From: a virus
Lineage: Duplodnaviria; Caudoviricetes
IMG/VR virus record: IMGVR_UViG_3300027805_000085
Span: 1-24,811 of that record
DNA: 24,811 nt
Reading direction: 5' to 3' (one strand)
How positions within the stretch are numbered: position 1 is the stretch's first letter; each line of letters begins with the position of its first letter. A model generated the notes under the pieces. That model was given only the letters and a program-made list of their open reading frames with translations. It made no database searches and was not told the origin of the DNA. Shown here in pieces: positions 9,534 through 19,137 of the stretch. The position numbers and the translations under genes are program-made.

Positions 9534-12500
9534 TAGATAACTCCACTACCAGGTGCTGTACGCAAATTGGTACTGGTCAAAGCCTGTATGACTTCGACGT
9601 TGTTGACCGTGGCTGCATTGACAAAAATTTGATTGGGCGCACTGCGGATTTCATATAGATCACCAAAAAACTTTTGTTGATTCAATGGTACCACAACCAC
9701 ACTGCTGACAATGTCCCCGATCTGTGCATGCAGATAAGCAGCAAGTTCTGAAAAGTAGAATGTGTCGCCAAAGTTCCATTTGTCAAGACTGAAATAAGCA
9801 TCCATGTTGGCCACGACCAAGTTTTTAATTTCACTCACGCTGGCAGTGCTGTTGGCAGCTCTAATGACCTTGATGGTGGCACGCAGTTCTTCTGTGGCTT
9901 TGGCACCAAACAAAGGTTTGAATTCCACACTGTTGACAATCACGTTGTCGCTGATCATCTTGTAATCTTGTAGGCCAGAATAATCAGTGGTCAGTTGATC
10001 AATGGTCGGTGGCAACGGTTCTGGCACAGTGCCTGTGGAATCTTTGATCCAATTCTGATAGGCCGTGTAGTACTGCAGGGTGACCACATACAAGTCAATG
10101 ATATTGGTGCTGCCAGGATCTAGCCTTGAAGTCAACGGACTGTTGTGACGATATTGGAAATACAAACTCTGTCTGCCAACTCTGGCAATAAAATCACTGC
10201 GAAGTATCAATACACGGGTTCCATTGTTGGGATTCACTGTCAACGAATAAAATAATTGTTGTGAATACGCATAAAAAACCTGGCCATCAACATAACTTTG
10301 TTTGACCAACTCAATGTCATCCAAGGTTGCGTAGTCACTATTGACTATGCCAGGGTTGACCAGTAGATAACGTTGCAAATTATCAAAGTCTACAGTGCTT
10401 TGTAAGAATACCAGTTTGAGATTGGGTGTGACATCGGGTGCCACAATATCATTGAAAAAATCTGGGTTGTCTGGAACACCGTCACTGTCGGTGTCCTCGA
10501 AGCCTACCAGGACCTGGAAATCGTCTACAAAGCCATCGCTTTGCACAGGTTGGCCAATGATGCGCAAACGTGTGTCACCTTCCAGGGGCACGTTGCTGTC
10601 GGGCTTGCTGTTGGTTTTAAGTACGTTGACAAAGTCTCTGATGGTGGTTCCGGTTCTGCTGTCAAAAATTTGTTGATCTGTGAAAAAGAAAAATCTGGTT
10701 TCTAACACGCTGCCAAAATAATAGTCCAGACTGCGTGAAGACACTGTGTAATTTTCACCGTCAGTGATGGCTTGTATAAACCAACTTGCGTCATTGTTGA
10801 TACCGGCAGTGCTTTGTGCATTGGCCAGACTGAATTCAGCATCCACGTCAAGATTGGTACTGGTGATCAAATACCAAGTGGCTGTCAAATTGTTGTAACC
10901 CAGCCCCCAATTTCTATTCAGCGTGATTTGATCTAAAATACTTTGTCTGATTGTGCTGTTTAGATCAGTCACAAACAAAGGAATCACTTGTGTGGCTATG
11001 GCACCAGTGGGTACATAATTGTTTAATGTGACTGGCCCTACTCCGTTGCTGAAATTGCCCAGACCTTGGTTGGTTCCATCTAGATACACTGCTGTGGGAC
11101 TGGCCCAGATCACTAATTTTTCGTCGGCACGCACAGGAACTCCGGCTACCAATTGATTACTGGAATTGAAAAAATAACCCGGGGGTGGTACAAATTTGAC
11201 CAGGCTTCCGACCACAATATAACGTTTGTTGTCAGAGGTGTAATTGCCAATGGGCTCGGGCGTGCCCAGTGAATTTTTAAAATATCCAGTGGTCTCATTG
11301 GCCAAGGTAGTGCTTTGTTGCCAACTCACATTCAATGCGATCAAGTCGGGCCTGGTATAATTGGCGTAATAAAACTGTCGAGCCCCGGCGGCTATCAAAG
11401 TGGGTTCAATCTGATTGGTAATGATACTGGAAATATCATTGTTGTTCAACCAGGTAAAATTAAAACCAGGCAAATTGTTGGCTTCGTACAAGGCACCGTC
11501 GCTGGCAAAAATATTGGTCGAGCTGTATTTTCCTGTGCCATCTACCAGATCCAAATAACGACTGGTGCCTATGCTGGCACGATTCAAGGCCTTGCTTTTT
11601 AAAATACTGTTGTAGGCTGTGAATGGAAAGTTGTTGTAATCTTCGCCATTGACCATGCGGTTTTGTGTGTAATAACGAGCTGGAGCACGCTGTTTGATTT
11701 CGTCAATGGTTTCGCGTGCCTGGGCGTTGGTCACTGGCTGGGTGATACCACAGGTAAATGTTATGGTCTCTAGTTGTCCGGTGCGGCTCACATAGCTGAT
11801 AGGTATGACCACACTTTGCATTTCCTCAGGATTGATAATGTATTGCAGGCCATTTGATGCCCGCACATAGCAACGGAATAGACCCACTGGAATAGCACTG
11901 AACACTCCATCACCAAAATTCAAAGCAATCTGATCGTTGACTCTGGATGTGGTACTGAATAAATCTCTGACGTTGGGTATAAGTTGTTCTACCGCTGCTG
12001 CATAAACACTTTCCACATACTGCCACTCACGGGCCACGTTGCCCAGGTTGTCTAACTGATATAACCAACGGTCAGTGTTGTTGATTCCTTCAATGTTGAT
12101 ATTGACTTGGCGATTGGCTATGCGTTCTGGCAGGTTAAAATCTTGATTTTGCAAAACACCCTGTTTGAACAAAAAGAAATAACCTGTGTTGGCCGACGCA
12201 AATCCCAGTTCGTCGTTGCGGAACAAAATATTAAATCGACCATTGGGCAAGGGGCTGGGTTCATACACAAATTCTTTTCCAGCGGCTGTGGCATTGACTG
12301 CTTCAAACGGCATGTTGACTCCGTCCACGGTGGCCGTGTAAGGTACCACTGGCAGAAATCCCGGAACTAGATTCACAGTGTATTCGTCGGTCCTTACACC
12401 AAGTATGGTACTTCTTGCTCCAGGACGACCCACACGCTGGGTGTCAGTCAAGCTGGCATTGATAATGGCTGTAAACTGTTCTTGCCAATCAAAGTTTGTG

Positions 12501-12940
12501 GGGTCGGCCCAGTTCACTGTGACATTGGCCAGGTTAACGCCGTTGTAGTCTATGACATTTTCTGTGGTTTGCACTGAAAATATTTTGAGATATCCTTGTG
12601 AGGCTGTGTTTCTTTTGGGTGTGTAAGATACCAAGTTGGCCAATTTGACCACGCTGTCTCGGCGTTCTGCTGTGTCTAGGTAATTTTCACGTGTGTTTAG
12701 ATCTGTGCGGAAGGCCAAGGCCTGGCCCATGAAGGCCATGACATCCAAGAGGGCAATAAACTCTGAGCTTTCGATGTAATCGTTGAATGTTTCTGGATAA
12801 TAAAGACGCAGATAGTCCACAAAACTTTTGCGCAGAGTTTCAAAATCATAGCTTTGAAAGTCGGCTTCTCTATAGGTTTGATAGATACGTTTCCAATCTT
12901 CAACACCAAATATCGCAGTTTGTCTTGTGGTTGTAGCCAT
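9533..12940 (-). CDS. gp6: Baseplate wedge subunit, T4 gp6-like (extended, 1135 aa)
   Basis: gp6-type motifs: N-terminal SYDFETLRKSFVDYL..FNDYIESSEFIALLDVMAF..ENYLDTAERRDSVVKLANLVSYTPKR, plus FGDGVF and ETIDEIKQRAPARYYTQNRMVNGEDY. Lies directly downstream of gp25. Confidence 0.88.
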   Translation of the reverse strand: MATTTRQTAIFGVEDWKRIYQTYREADFQSYDFETLRKSFVDYLRLYYPETFNDYIESSEFIALLDVMAFMGQALAFRTDLNTRENYLDTAERRDSVVKLANLVSYTPKRNTASQGYLKIFSVQTTENVIDYNGVNLANVTVNWADPTNFDWQEQFTAIINASLTDTQRVGRPGARSTILGVRTDEYTVNLVPGFLPVVPYTATVDGVNMPFEAVNATAAGKEFVYEPSPLPNGRFNILFRNDELGFASANTGYFFLFKQGVLQNQDFNLPERIANRQVNINIEGINNTDRWLYQLDNLGNVAREWQYVESVYAAAVEQLIPNVRDLFSTTSRVNDQIALNFGDGVFSAIPVGLFRCYVRASNGLQYIINPEEMQSVVIPISYVSRTGQLETITFTCGITQPVTNAQARETIDEIKQRAPARYYTQNRMVNGEDYNNFPFTAYNSILKSKALNRASIGTSRYLDLVDGTGKYSSTNIFASDGALYEANNLPGFNFTWLNNNDISSIITNQIEPTLIAAGARQFYYANYTRPDLIALNVSWQQSTTLANETTGYFKNSLGTPEPIGNYTSDNKRYIVVGSLVKFVPPPGYFFNSSNQLVAGVPVRADEKLVIWASPTAVYLDGTNQGLGNFSNGVGPVTLNNYVPTGAIATQVIPLFVTDLNSTIRQSILDQITLNRNWGLGYNNLTATWYLITSTNLDVDAEFSLANAQSTAGINNDASWFIQAITDGENYTVSSRSLDYYFGSVLETRFFFFTDQQIFDSRTGTTIRDFVNVLKTNSKPDSNVPLEGDTRLRIIGQPVQSDGFVDDFQVLVGFEDTDSDGVPDNPDFFNDIVAPDVTPNLKLVFLQSTVDFDNLQRYLLVNPGIVNSDYATLDDIELVKQSYVDGQVFYAYSQQLFYSLTVNPNNGTRVLILRSDFIARVGRQSLYFQYRHNSPLTSRLDPGSTNIIDLYVVTLQYYTAYQNWIKDSTGTVPEPLPPTIDQLTTDYSGLQDYKMISDNVIVNSVEFKPLFGAKATEELRATIKVIRAANSTASVSEIKNLVVANMDAYFSLDKWNFGDTFYFSELAAYLHAQIGDIVSSVVVVPLNQQKFFGDLYEIRSAPNQIFVNAATVNNVEVIQALTSTNLRTAPGSGVI

Positions 12941-12958
12941 GGTTTTTCCAATTTCTAT

Positions 12959-12965
12959 TATTTAT
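12959..12965 (-). promoter_or_regulatory. Putative late promoter (ATAAATA) before gp6
   Basis: Minus strand reads CCATAAATAATAG in the gp25-gp6 gap, 18 nt before the ATG at 12940. Confidence 0.65.
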
Positions 12966-12985
12966 GGACAGAATAAACTGCGTAG

Positions 12986-13360
12986 TTAAACATAGCTGGC
13001 TTGACGCTGAGATTGGTCAAAAAATATGGCCAAACGTTGTGCATCAGTGCTGGGCACCACTGTGATTTCCAACTGCAATAGCATGCCATTTTGTTGTGGG
13101 AACAGTTCTACGTTGCTGACAAACACACGTGGATCGCCGCCGGCCACACGCTGTATTTCTGCCAACAAGGCACGTTCTGTTTCTTGCAATTGATTTTCAA
13201 ATACAAAATCCCAGATGCTGGTACCATAAGCCGGACGACCTACCAGTTCTCCCTGGCGTATGTTGAATGCATTCAAGAGATCACGTTTGATCAATTCAAA
13301 ATCCACCAAGGTGAATTTTTTGTTTTGATTGATTGTGCTGAATCCAATAAAAGTAGGCAT
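12986..13360 (-). CDS. gp25: Baseplate wedge subunit / sheath initiator, gp25-like
   Basis: 124 aa with IKRDLLNAFNIRQGELVGRPAYGTSIWDFVFE and DPRV, the GPW/gp25 family pattern; adjacent to gp6. Confidence 0.9.
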   Translation of the reverse strand: MPTFIGFSTINQNKKFTLVDFELIKRDLLNAFNIRQGELVGRPAYGTSIWDFVFENQLQETERALLAEIQRVAGGDPRVFVSNVELFPQQNGMLLQLEITVVPSTDAQRLAIFFDQSQRQASYV

Positions 13361-13364
13361 GATG

Positions 13365-13370
13365 TATTTA
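13365..13370 (-). promoter_or_regulatory. Putative late promoter (TAAATA) before gp25
   Basis: The 12-nt intergenic gap reads AGTAAATACATC followed directly by ATG. Confidence 0.65.
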
Positions 13371-13372
13371 CT

Positions 13373-14785
13373 CTATCCTGTGATGCGGTTAAACGTGGGT
13401 TGTACTTGGGCGGTCAAGTTTCTGGCCTGTGAAGTTAGATTTGTGATCTGCGAACCTATGCCTCCGATGCGTCCTTGCACGCTTTTCAATATATTTTCTG
13501 CCTGAGGAATATCTAATCCAGACCCCGGCAATGCTGGCATAAAAGAAGGAGCAGGTATCTTGGAATTTCCCAAAATACGACCAACTGCAGAATCCACAGT
13601 GGCACGATTCACAGTATTTTTAAATCCGGCAGCCAATTGCGTGCCAGAAATCAAATCGCCGCCACCACTGAAGAAATTGCCAGTGGAAAAATTCAAACTG
13701 AATTGTGCAGCCTTGCCATACACATCTTGCAAAGCCCGAGACACATTCAACTGACCCAGTTGACCCAGCGATCCCAGATTGCCAGTCAAGTTAGGAAGGT
13801 TGGTCAGACTGTTACCAATGCCTGTGATGGCCGATGAAAGTTGACCTTGAGCATTTACAAAAAGTCTACTGCTTTGAGCCCACGCAGATGTGGCCACAGA
13901 ACCAAATTTACCACCATTGGCCAAGAGAGCTCCTATGTCGCCGTTGATGACATTGGTTATTTTGGCTGAGGTGCCGGTGATCAGATTTAAATTGCCGCCC
14001 AACAAACTCAGTGCCGACAATGCCTGGTTTCCAGTGGCTGTGTAGACTTGACCGGAACTGATCCTGACAGCTGACGTTGGTACCTGAGAAATCACGCCAC
14101 TGGCATTCAAGGCCTGATAAGATTGTTGCATGAGCTGTGTTTGTACCTGCGTTTGTAAATTTTGATCACCCAACAAAAAATCCAAAGAATCAACTCCATT
14201 TAAGCCAGTCCATATGCCAGGGCTGTTCATAACTGAAACAAAATCATCAGGGTTTTCTAAAAATCTTGCACTGGTTCCTGGTTTGACATAACCGGCCTGT
14301 TCCAGTTGGTAGCAGTTAAATCCAAATTTGCCAATGCCTTTTTGCTGTGTGATCACGTCAAATGGCTGATCAACCAAGCTCTCTAGTTGTGCCAACAACA
14401 GTTGTGTTTGAAATGCTGTCAATGGTCCCACTGGATCTGCTCCCAAGGTGTCGCCTCTGCTGAGTACCACACTGGCTTGGTCTACAGGATTCTGTATGGG
14501 GACATTGACCAAATTAGGAATACCCGATATTACAGGTGAGTTCTGTATCACTGACAAGACCGACACTGTGTCTACTCCGGCTGTGCCGCGATCCAGTCTG
14601 CTGAGTTCAAACTTTGTTATTTGGGATGCCACACTGGTCAGCGTTTGTCCAGGTTGATAACCTACTAGACTGCCAGCAACTACCTGTTCATAGAAAACTT
14701 GATCGGCCTGCAATTGTGTAGCGCCGGCTGGGCCATTGACTCGAAAATTACTGCCAGATGGCAGAGTATATTCAAATTGGCTCAT
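13373..14785 (-). CDS. Virion protein with putative lysozyme-like domain and Gly/Ser/Leu/Asn-rich C-terminus (470 aa)
   Basis: Start moved from 14803 to the ATG at 14785-14783, which overlaps the gp5 TGA (ATGA) and reads MSQFEYTLP. The segment LES..GIGKFGF..QLEQAGYVKPG..WTGLNGVDSLDFLLGDQNLQ resembles lysozyme-fold muramidase-like domains. Lies between gp5 and gp25. Confidence 0.6.
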   Translation of the reverse strand: MSQFEYTLPSGSNFRVNGPAGATQLQADQVFYEQVVAGSLVGYQPGQTLTSVASQITKFELSRLDRGTAGVDTVSVLSVIQNSPVISGIPNLVNVPIQNPVDQASVVLSRGDTLGADPVGPLTAFQTQLLLAQLESLVDQPFDVITQQKGIGKFGFNCYQLEQAGYVKPGTSARFLENPDDFVSVMNSPGIWTGLNGVDSLDFLLGDQNLQTQVQTQLMQQSYQALNASGVISQVPTSAVRISSGQVYTATGNQALSALSLLGGNLNLITGTSAKITNVINGDIGALLANGGKFGSVATSAWAQSSRLFVNAQGQLSSAITGIGNSLTNLPNLTGNLGSLGQLGQLNVSRALQDVYGKAAQFSLNFSTGNFFSGGGDLISGTQLAAGFKNTVNRATVDSAVGRILGNSKIPAPSFMPALPGSGLDIPQAENILKSVQGRIGGIGSQITNLTSQARNLTAQVQPTFNRITG

Positions 14786-16308
14786 TGTCGACTGATGCTC
14801 CAATCCGTGGGCACGGTGGGAGCTCCTGGAGGAGGAGTAGGTTGACCTTGTTCAAGGCTCACACTCACAGGCACGCCTTGGTTATGGTAAGGATAAGGTT
14901 CGTGAGTGGGTGCCCGAGTCACTATGCTTTCGGTGCCAGTGGGGTCTGTTTGCCAACCTGTGCTGGAATTAAAGGTGACCTTGGGTTGTAGATATTTGGT
15001 CAAGCCCTTGACTGAATCAACAGGATAACTTGCACCACCATTGAGATTGATCTGACTGCCATTGAGATTCAAGGTGGATCCACCTTCCCAGCTGCTTTGT
15101 TTGCCTATGAGTGCCAGGGTTCCATTGCTTTTGACTCCGATCTTGGTCATGCTAAACAAGGTCAAATCTTTCTTGGTAGCCAGGCCAATTTCTTGATCTG
15201 CTTGTATGTTGGTTTTTTCCAGACTTTTGATATTGATATTTTTGCCGGCGTACATGTTAATGTCTTGATCTGCATGCAAATTTATAGTGCCTTCGGTGCG
15301 GACGTTCACACTGTTGGTGCTGAATACATCCACGGTGCCTTCTTGGCCCAGTTCGATCCAGGTCTGTCCGTTGGCATGTGTGATATAAAAACAATTGCCA
15401 TCATCACTCATGGTGATCTGATGACCTTTGGCGGTGCGTATTCTTATAAGATTATCGTTGCCTTCCAGATTGCCATCGTCCATGACAAAAGTGTGGCCGC
15501 CTCTGCGACCAATAACAGCCACGTCTTGAGGCTTTTGATTATCCAACTGTTGAGTGGCGTTGTTGTCCTGCAATCCACCAGCATATATGGCACGGCCTGG
15601 AGTGCTGATACCATAACAGTTGCTGGGGCTTTCTCGCTGACTACTGCTGGCTATGGGCCCACGCACAGGATCATTGATGAGTCCTTGTTGAAACAACACA
15701 GCGGCCACGTAGCTGTGAACTGGTTTTTTCTGATCAAAGAATTTGGGATTTTCGCTGATGGCAGTGTTTTCAGGAGCATTGTTAATTTCAGTCACTGGCA
15801 ACATGGAGGCTCCAGCAAAATATGTTTGCTGATTGGCATTTTGTGTTTGTGCATCGGCACTGGGCACACTGCCAATGGCTGGAATCATATGATTGATTCC
15901 TTGTTCTGGTATGCACCCTAGATAGTAGCCTTGCGAAGGATCTCCTGCTACAAAAAAACATAAAACTTGTGTGCCTAGATCGGGTGGTGTAAACCACATG
16001 CCGTAGCTTTGTTGATTGCCTGGAACAAAGGTTCCAACACCGGCACTGGTTCCAGACCTGGGTGTAGCTCCATAAAATGGAGGACAATAACTCACGGTTC
16101 TCCACAAGCTGGGATCTGTCAAATTTGGCAAGCCGTCTTTGTTGGTGGCTCCAAATTGATCAATGTAAACCTGCAAACGGCCGCTGCGTGTGTTGTCTAC
16201 ATTGTTGACCACGATGCCAATGTAGGGGCCCATTTCCGCAGGAGTGCCTCCGCGGTCAAATTTGTATCCCTGGGGACGGCCTCTACTGCGTTGTACGTTT
16301 TCTGCCAT
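14782..16308 (-). CDS. gp5: Baseplate central spike, gp5/VgrG-like (OB fold + beta-helix, no internal lysozyme domain)
   Basis: OB-fold motifs GPYIGIVVNNVDNTRSGRLQVYI and YGMWFTPPDLGTQVLCFF; GGHTFVMDD and RIRTAKGHQITMSD; 8-residue beta-helix repeats (VNVRTEGTINLHADQDINMYAGKNINIKS); C-terminal PTHEPYPYH. Confidence 0.85.
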   Translation of the reverse strand: MAENVQRSRGRPQGYKFDRGGTPAEMGPYIGIVVNNVDNTRSGRLQVYIDQFGATNKDGLPNLTDPSLWRTVSYCPPFYGATPRSGTSAGVGTFVPGNQQSYGMWFTPPDLGTQVLCFFVAGDPSQGYYLGCIPEQGINHMIPAIGSVPSADAQTQNANQQTYFAGASMLPVTEINNAPENTAISENPKFFDQKKPVHSYVAAVLFQQGLINDPVRGPIASSSQRESPSNCYGISTPGRAIYAGGLQDNNATQQLDNQKPQDVAVIGRRGGHTFVMDDGNLEGNDNLIRIRTAKGHQITMSDDGNCFYITHANGQTWIELGQEGTVDVFSTNSVNVRTEGTINLHADQDINMYAGKNINIKSLEKTNIQADQEIGLATKKDLTLFSMTKIGVKSNGTLALIGKQSSWEGGSTLNLNGSQINLNGGASYPVDSVKGLTKYLQPKVTFNSSTGWQTDPTGTESIVTRAPTHEPYPYHNQGVPVSVSLEQGQPTPPPGAPTVPTDWSISRQ

Positions 16309-19136
16309 TATGCTTCTCTATCCATTAGTTGTGACTGACTATTTACACCGGCTGTTTGTTGGTCGGCCGACAATCCTGCAAACACATCAATGTCGCCGTC
16401 GGAGGTCGGAGGTTCTGGAGCTGGTTGTGGTTGTGGTGAATTCAAACTGATCGGCACTTCTTCATCTGTGTCCTCGCTGGGCAAATCTGCAGTCAATATA
16501 TTAAGCCCGTTGACGTTGGTCCATTCGTTGTCTGGCGTGCTGGCAGGATTGTCTGTGCTTCTTGTAGCATTGGGCAGAGCATTTGTAGCCGTTGCGGTTG
16601 GCCGCCCTAGTTCTTGTCGTTCTTTGAATGTTTGATCTGGCAAGTAGGTCAATAAAGTTCCTTTAAGAGTTTGCACAAATTTGCCTTTGTTGAACTCACT
16701 CACACATTCAGCAGCCCGATACACATAGCTTTGCCGTGTGGCACCGGGACGTTGTTGATTTTCAAACACAGTGGTACGGGTGTTAGGATCAATAATTCCA
16801 GTGTCCAGATCATAGTCAGCTGGAGTATTGATCAAGATTTCAAACATGATCTGCCGAGATTCAAAATTGATTGTGCCGTCGGGCAAAAATGCATTGAATG
16901 AAAAACCGGCTCTGCTAGGAGTAGCAAATGCTTCGCCCTGTTGCAACCATGCAGGATCACCAACAATTTGCAAAGTGGCATTGGCCAAGTCTCCTGGGTT
17001 GTACAAATAGTCAGCAGCATTTGCTCCAATTTCGTTGACACGGCCGGCCGCTCCTTGGCTGCTTTCACCGCTGCGAGGTTGGAAGTTGGCTTTGATGGCC
17101 TCATTGATCACGGTGCCGCCACTGCTTGAGCCGCCACTGAGCACCGAGGTGTACAGGGCATTGTATGTTTGTTCATAGCTGAGCACCTGGGTGTTTTCTC
17201 CAGTGAACCAATAGTTGTACTGTTTGTGTACTCCGTTGTATCTGGGCACTTGAAAATAGTTGCTGATTAGGTCGCTGAGTTGGTAAAGACTGATGGTGTA
17301 TTTGATGTCATAGGCATAGTCATTTCTTTTAGGGTCATACTTGCCTGGCTTGGGCGTGGCTTGCAGACTGATTTTATACCAGGCCACATTTTTTCCCTGG
17401 GGACCATTGGGTTCTTGTTTGCCAGAAATTTCATTGATGCGAACCAGGGCTTGATCTGTAACAAAGGTGCTGTTTCTAAGCACCTGATCAATAAATTGCA
17501 CAATCTGCATGCCTGCTGTGACACTGATAACACGACTGGTAGGATCATAACTTTGTTTGTCAGGATTTTTCTGATCAGCGGCGGTGCCTCTGACTGGCAT
17601 GCTTCCACGATTCTTGTCGGGATTTTTAACCTGTATACTGGCCTGCTCCAGACTGGAATTTATGAATTCTACACTGTAAGTATCAGGATAAGTGTAGGTT
17701 CCGTCTTTGACCAGATCTTCTTGATACTGATTGAGTGCTGTCATCAGTCCCTGTCGTATGGTCAATTTGGGATTGGGTGCAGTTGCTGCGTTGGGTGGTG
17801 GTGGTGGCAAGTTGTCTGGTTCGGGTTCATCACCTTCAGCAAATACACCATTGGATCGGGCACGTTGATTCAACTCATCATTGGTAAAACCTCCAGTGGT
17901 TGTTCCTCTGGTTGGAGCGATCACGGTGGGGCCAGTCAGTGCGTCCTTGACTGTGATTCCACCAATTTCTACATTGTAGGGTATGGTGCCTCGATTGCTA
18001 CCTATGGCCACTTGATAGCTAGGGCTGGCAGCCTTGATCTCGTATTCCACTAACTTGTTGGCCACTTTAAAATTGATTTCGCTGATGGCCAGCGGATAAA
18101 ATTTTTCAACAAAGGCACTGCCTTGGGTGCTGTCTTCGGGCTGTGCCACACCCCCACGCATCAGGTTACCTTGGTCGTCGTACCCGTAAAATCTTAGGAC
18201 CAGCAAATATATGGCTGCAGTAAAATTGGTTTTTTTCTTTTGTGGTGTGCCCAGGTATGCCTGCACTGCCTTGTCAAGATTGGGTATGAGCGTGATGCCG
18301 TTGGGTTCAATCACGGTCATTAATATTTCATTTGCATTGTGTGAAGCATTGGTACCTTTGCCAGTGATCACTGATTTGATTTGTATTTTGTCTATGTAAT
18401 AGTCATTGCTGAAATAGGTGTTTCTTCCAGCGATAGGAGCGCCTCCACTTTGAAACAGTAATTGATTGGCTGGGATTACTTTTCTTTTTTGATTGATAAG
18501 ATTCCTGTATTCCACAGGATTCATTAGATACACAGATGCAGTATAAGTGTAGCTGGCGTACTGATCCAACACATTTGGTTGGGGTATGATCCTGTCTTGA
18601 TTGAACACATTGTCAATTTCTACTCGAGTAGAATTTTTTGTAGGTGCGCCACTGTCTTCACTTCTGGCTCCTACTCCTGGTTCTGGGTTTGAAGTTGGCG
18701 GCAAAGGATTTACTTCGTCTACGCTGTTTAACAGAATTGGCGGAGTGGCCTGTGTTTCTTCAGTGGTTCTTATGCGTCCGTCGGTACCAAATTCAATTTC
18801 GTCTTCGGGCAGGACATTGAGTCCTGTGCTGCTTTGTACAAATCCATCGTCGTCGACTGTGGCCGGAGGAGGATTTTGTACCGCGGCATTGTCTGACCTG
18901 GCACGTTGTTCTTCGGCAACCACTTGCCCAGAGCTAACAGGTGCTGCGGACTGAGCTGCTTGTAGCTCGGCATTGGCAGTTGCCAGACTTTGATTGAGTT
19001 CGCCAATGTAGGCATTAAGTTCTGCTACTCGTTGGGTATCGCCTTCTGCTCGGGCCTGGGCCAATTGTTGGTTGGCCACAGAAATTGAAGTTTGGATGCT
19101 ACGAATTTGACTTTCAATCAGTGCAACATTTGACAT
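16308..19136 (-). CDS. Probable baseplate hub protein (gp27/gpD-like) with low-complexity termini, 942 aa
   Basis: Long ORF coupled to gp5 (TAATG). Motifs ATLQIVGDPAWL and YVYRAAECVSEFNKGKFVQTLKG resemble the C-terminal barrel of hub proteins. Its position between a gp53-like and a gp5-like gene is typical of a hub gene. Confidence 0.6.
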   Translation of the reverse strand: MSNVALIESQIRSIQTSISVANQQLAQARAEGDTQRVAELNAYIGELNQSLATANAELQAAQSAAPVSSGQVVAEEQRARSDNAAVQNPPPATVDDDGFVQSSTGLNVLPEDEIEFGTDGRIRTTEETQATPPILLNSVDEVNPLPPTSNPEPGVGARSEDSGAPTKNSTRVEIDNVFNQDRIIPQPNVLDQYASYTYTASVYLMNPVEYRNLINQKRKVIPANQLLFQSGGAPIAGRNTYFSNDYYIDKIQIKSVITGKGTNASHNANEILMTVIEPNGITLIPNLDKAVQAYLGTPQKKKTNFTAAIYLLVLRFYGYDDQGNLMRGGVAQPEDSTQGSAFVEKFYPLAISEINFKVANKLVEYEIKAASPSYQVAIGSNRGTIPYNVEIGGITVKDALTGPTVIAPTRGTTTGGFTNDELNQRARSNGVFAEGDEPEPDNLPPPPPNAATAPNPKLTIRQGLMTALNQYQEDLVKDGTYTYPDTYSVEFINSSLEQASIQVKNPDKNRGSMPVRGTAADQKNPDKQSYDPTSRVISVTAGMQIVQFIDQVLRNSTFVTDQALVRINEISGKQEPNGPQGKNVAWYKISLQATPKPGKYDPKRNDYAYDIKYTISLYQLSDLISNYFQVPRYNGVHKQYNYWFTGENTQVLSYEQTYNALYTSVLSGGSSSGGTVINEAIKANFQPRSGESSQGAAGRVNEIGANAADYLYNPGDLANATLQIVGDPAWLQQGEAFATPSRAGFSFNAFLPDGTINFESRQIMFEILINTPADYDLDTGIIDPNTRTTVFENQQRPGATRQSYVYRAAECVSEFNKGKFVQTLKGTLLTYLPDQTFKERQELGRPTATATNALPNATRSTDNPASTPDNEWTNVNGLNILTADLPSEDTDEEVPISLNSPQPQPAPEPPTSDGDIDVFAGLSADQQTAGVNSQSQLMDREA
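16340..16345 (-). promoter_or_regulatory. Possible internal late promoter (TAAATA) before gp5
   Basis: GTGTAAATAGT lies inside the 3' end of the hub gene, about 31 nt upstream of the gp5 ATG. It could be a chance match in coding sequence. Confidence 0.35.
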
Positions 19137-19137
19137 G

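Noticed and set aside
12961-12977. TTTAT...ATAAA inverted repeat in the gp25-gp6 gap as a terminator
   Set aside because: It is a 5-bp AT-only stem with no GC hairpin or U-tract.
14786-14803. ORF-track starts at 14803 and 19443
   Set aside because: Downstream ATGs at 14785 (ATGA overlap) and 19437 (TAATG overlap with SD) fit translational coupling better.
15038-15069. Direct repeat CCATTGAGATT twice, 21-nt period
   Set aside because: It encodes the NLNG repeats ending the gp5 beta-helix and is not a separate DNA element.
15097-18053. Long antisense ORFs 15097-15921 (274 aa) and 17280-18053 (257 aa)
   Set aside because: They lie wholly opposite gp5 and the hub gene and show no recognisable motifs; they are explained by codon bias of the sense genes.
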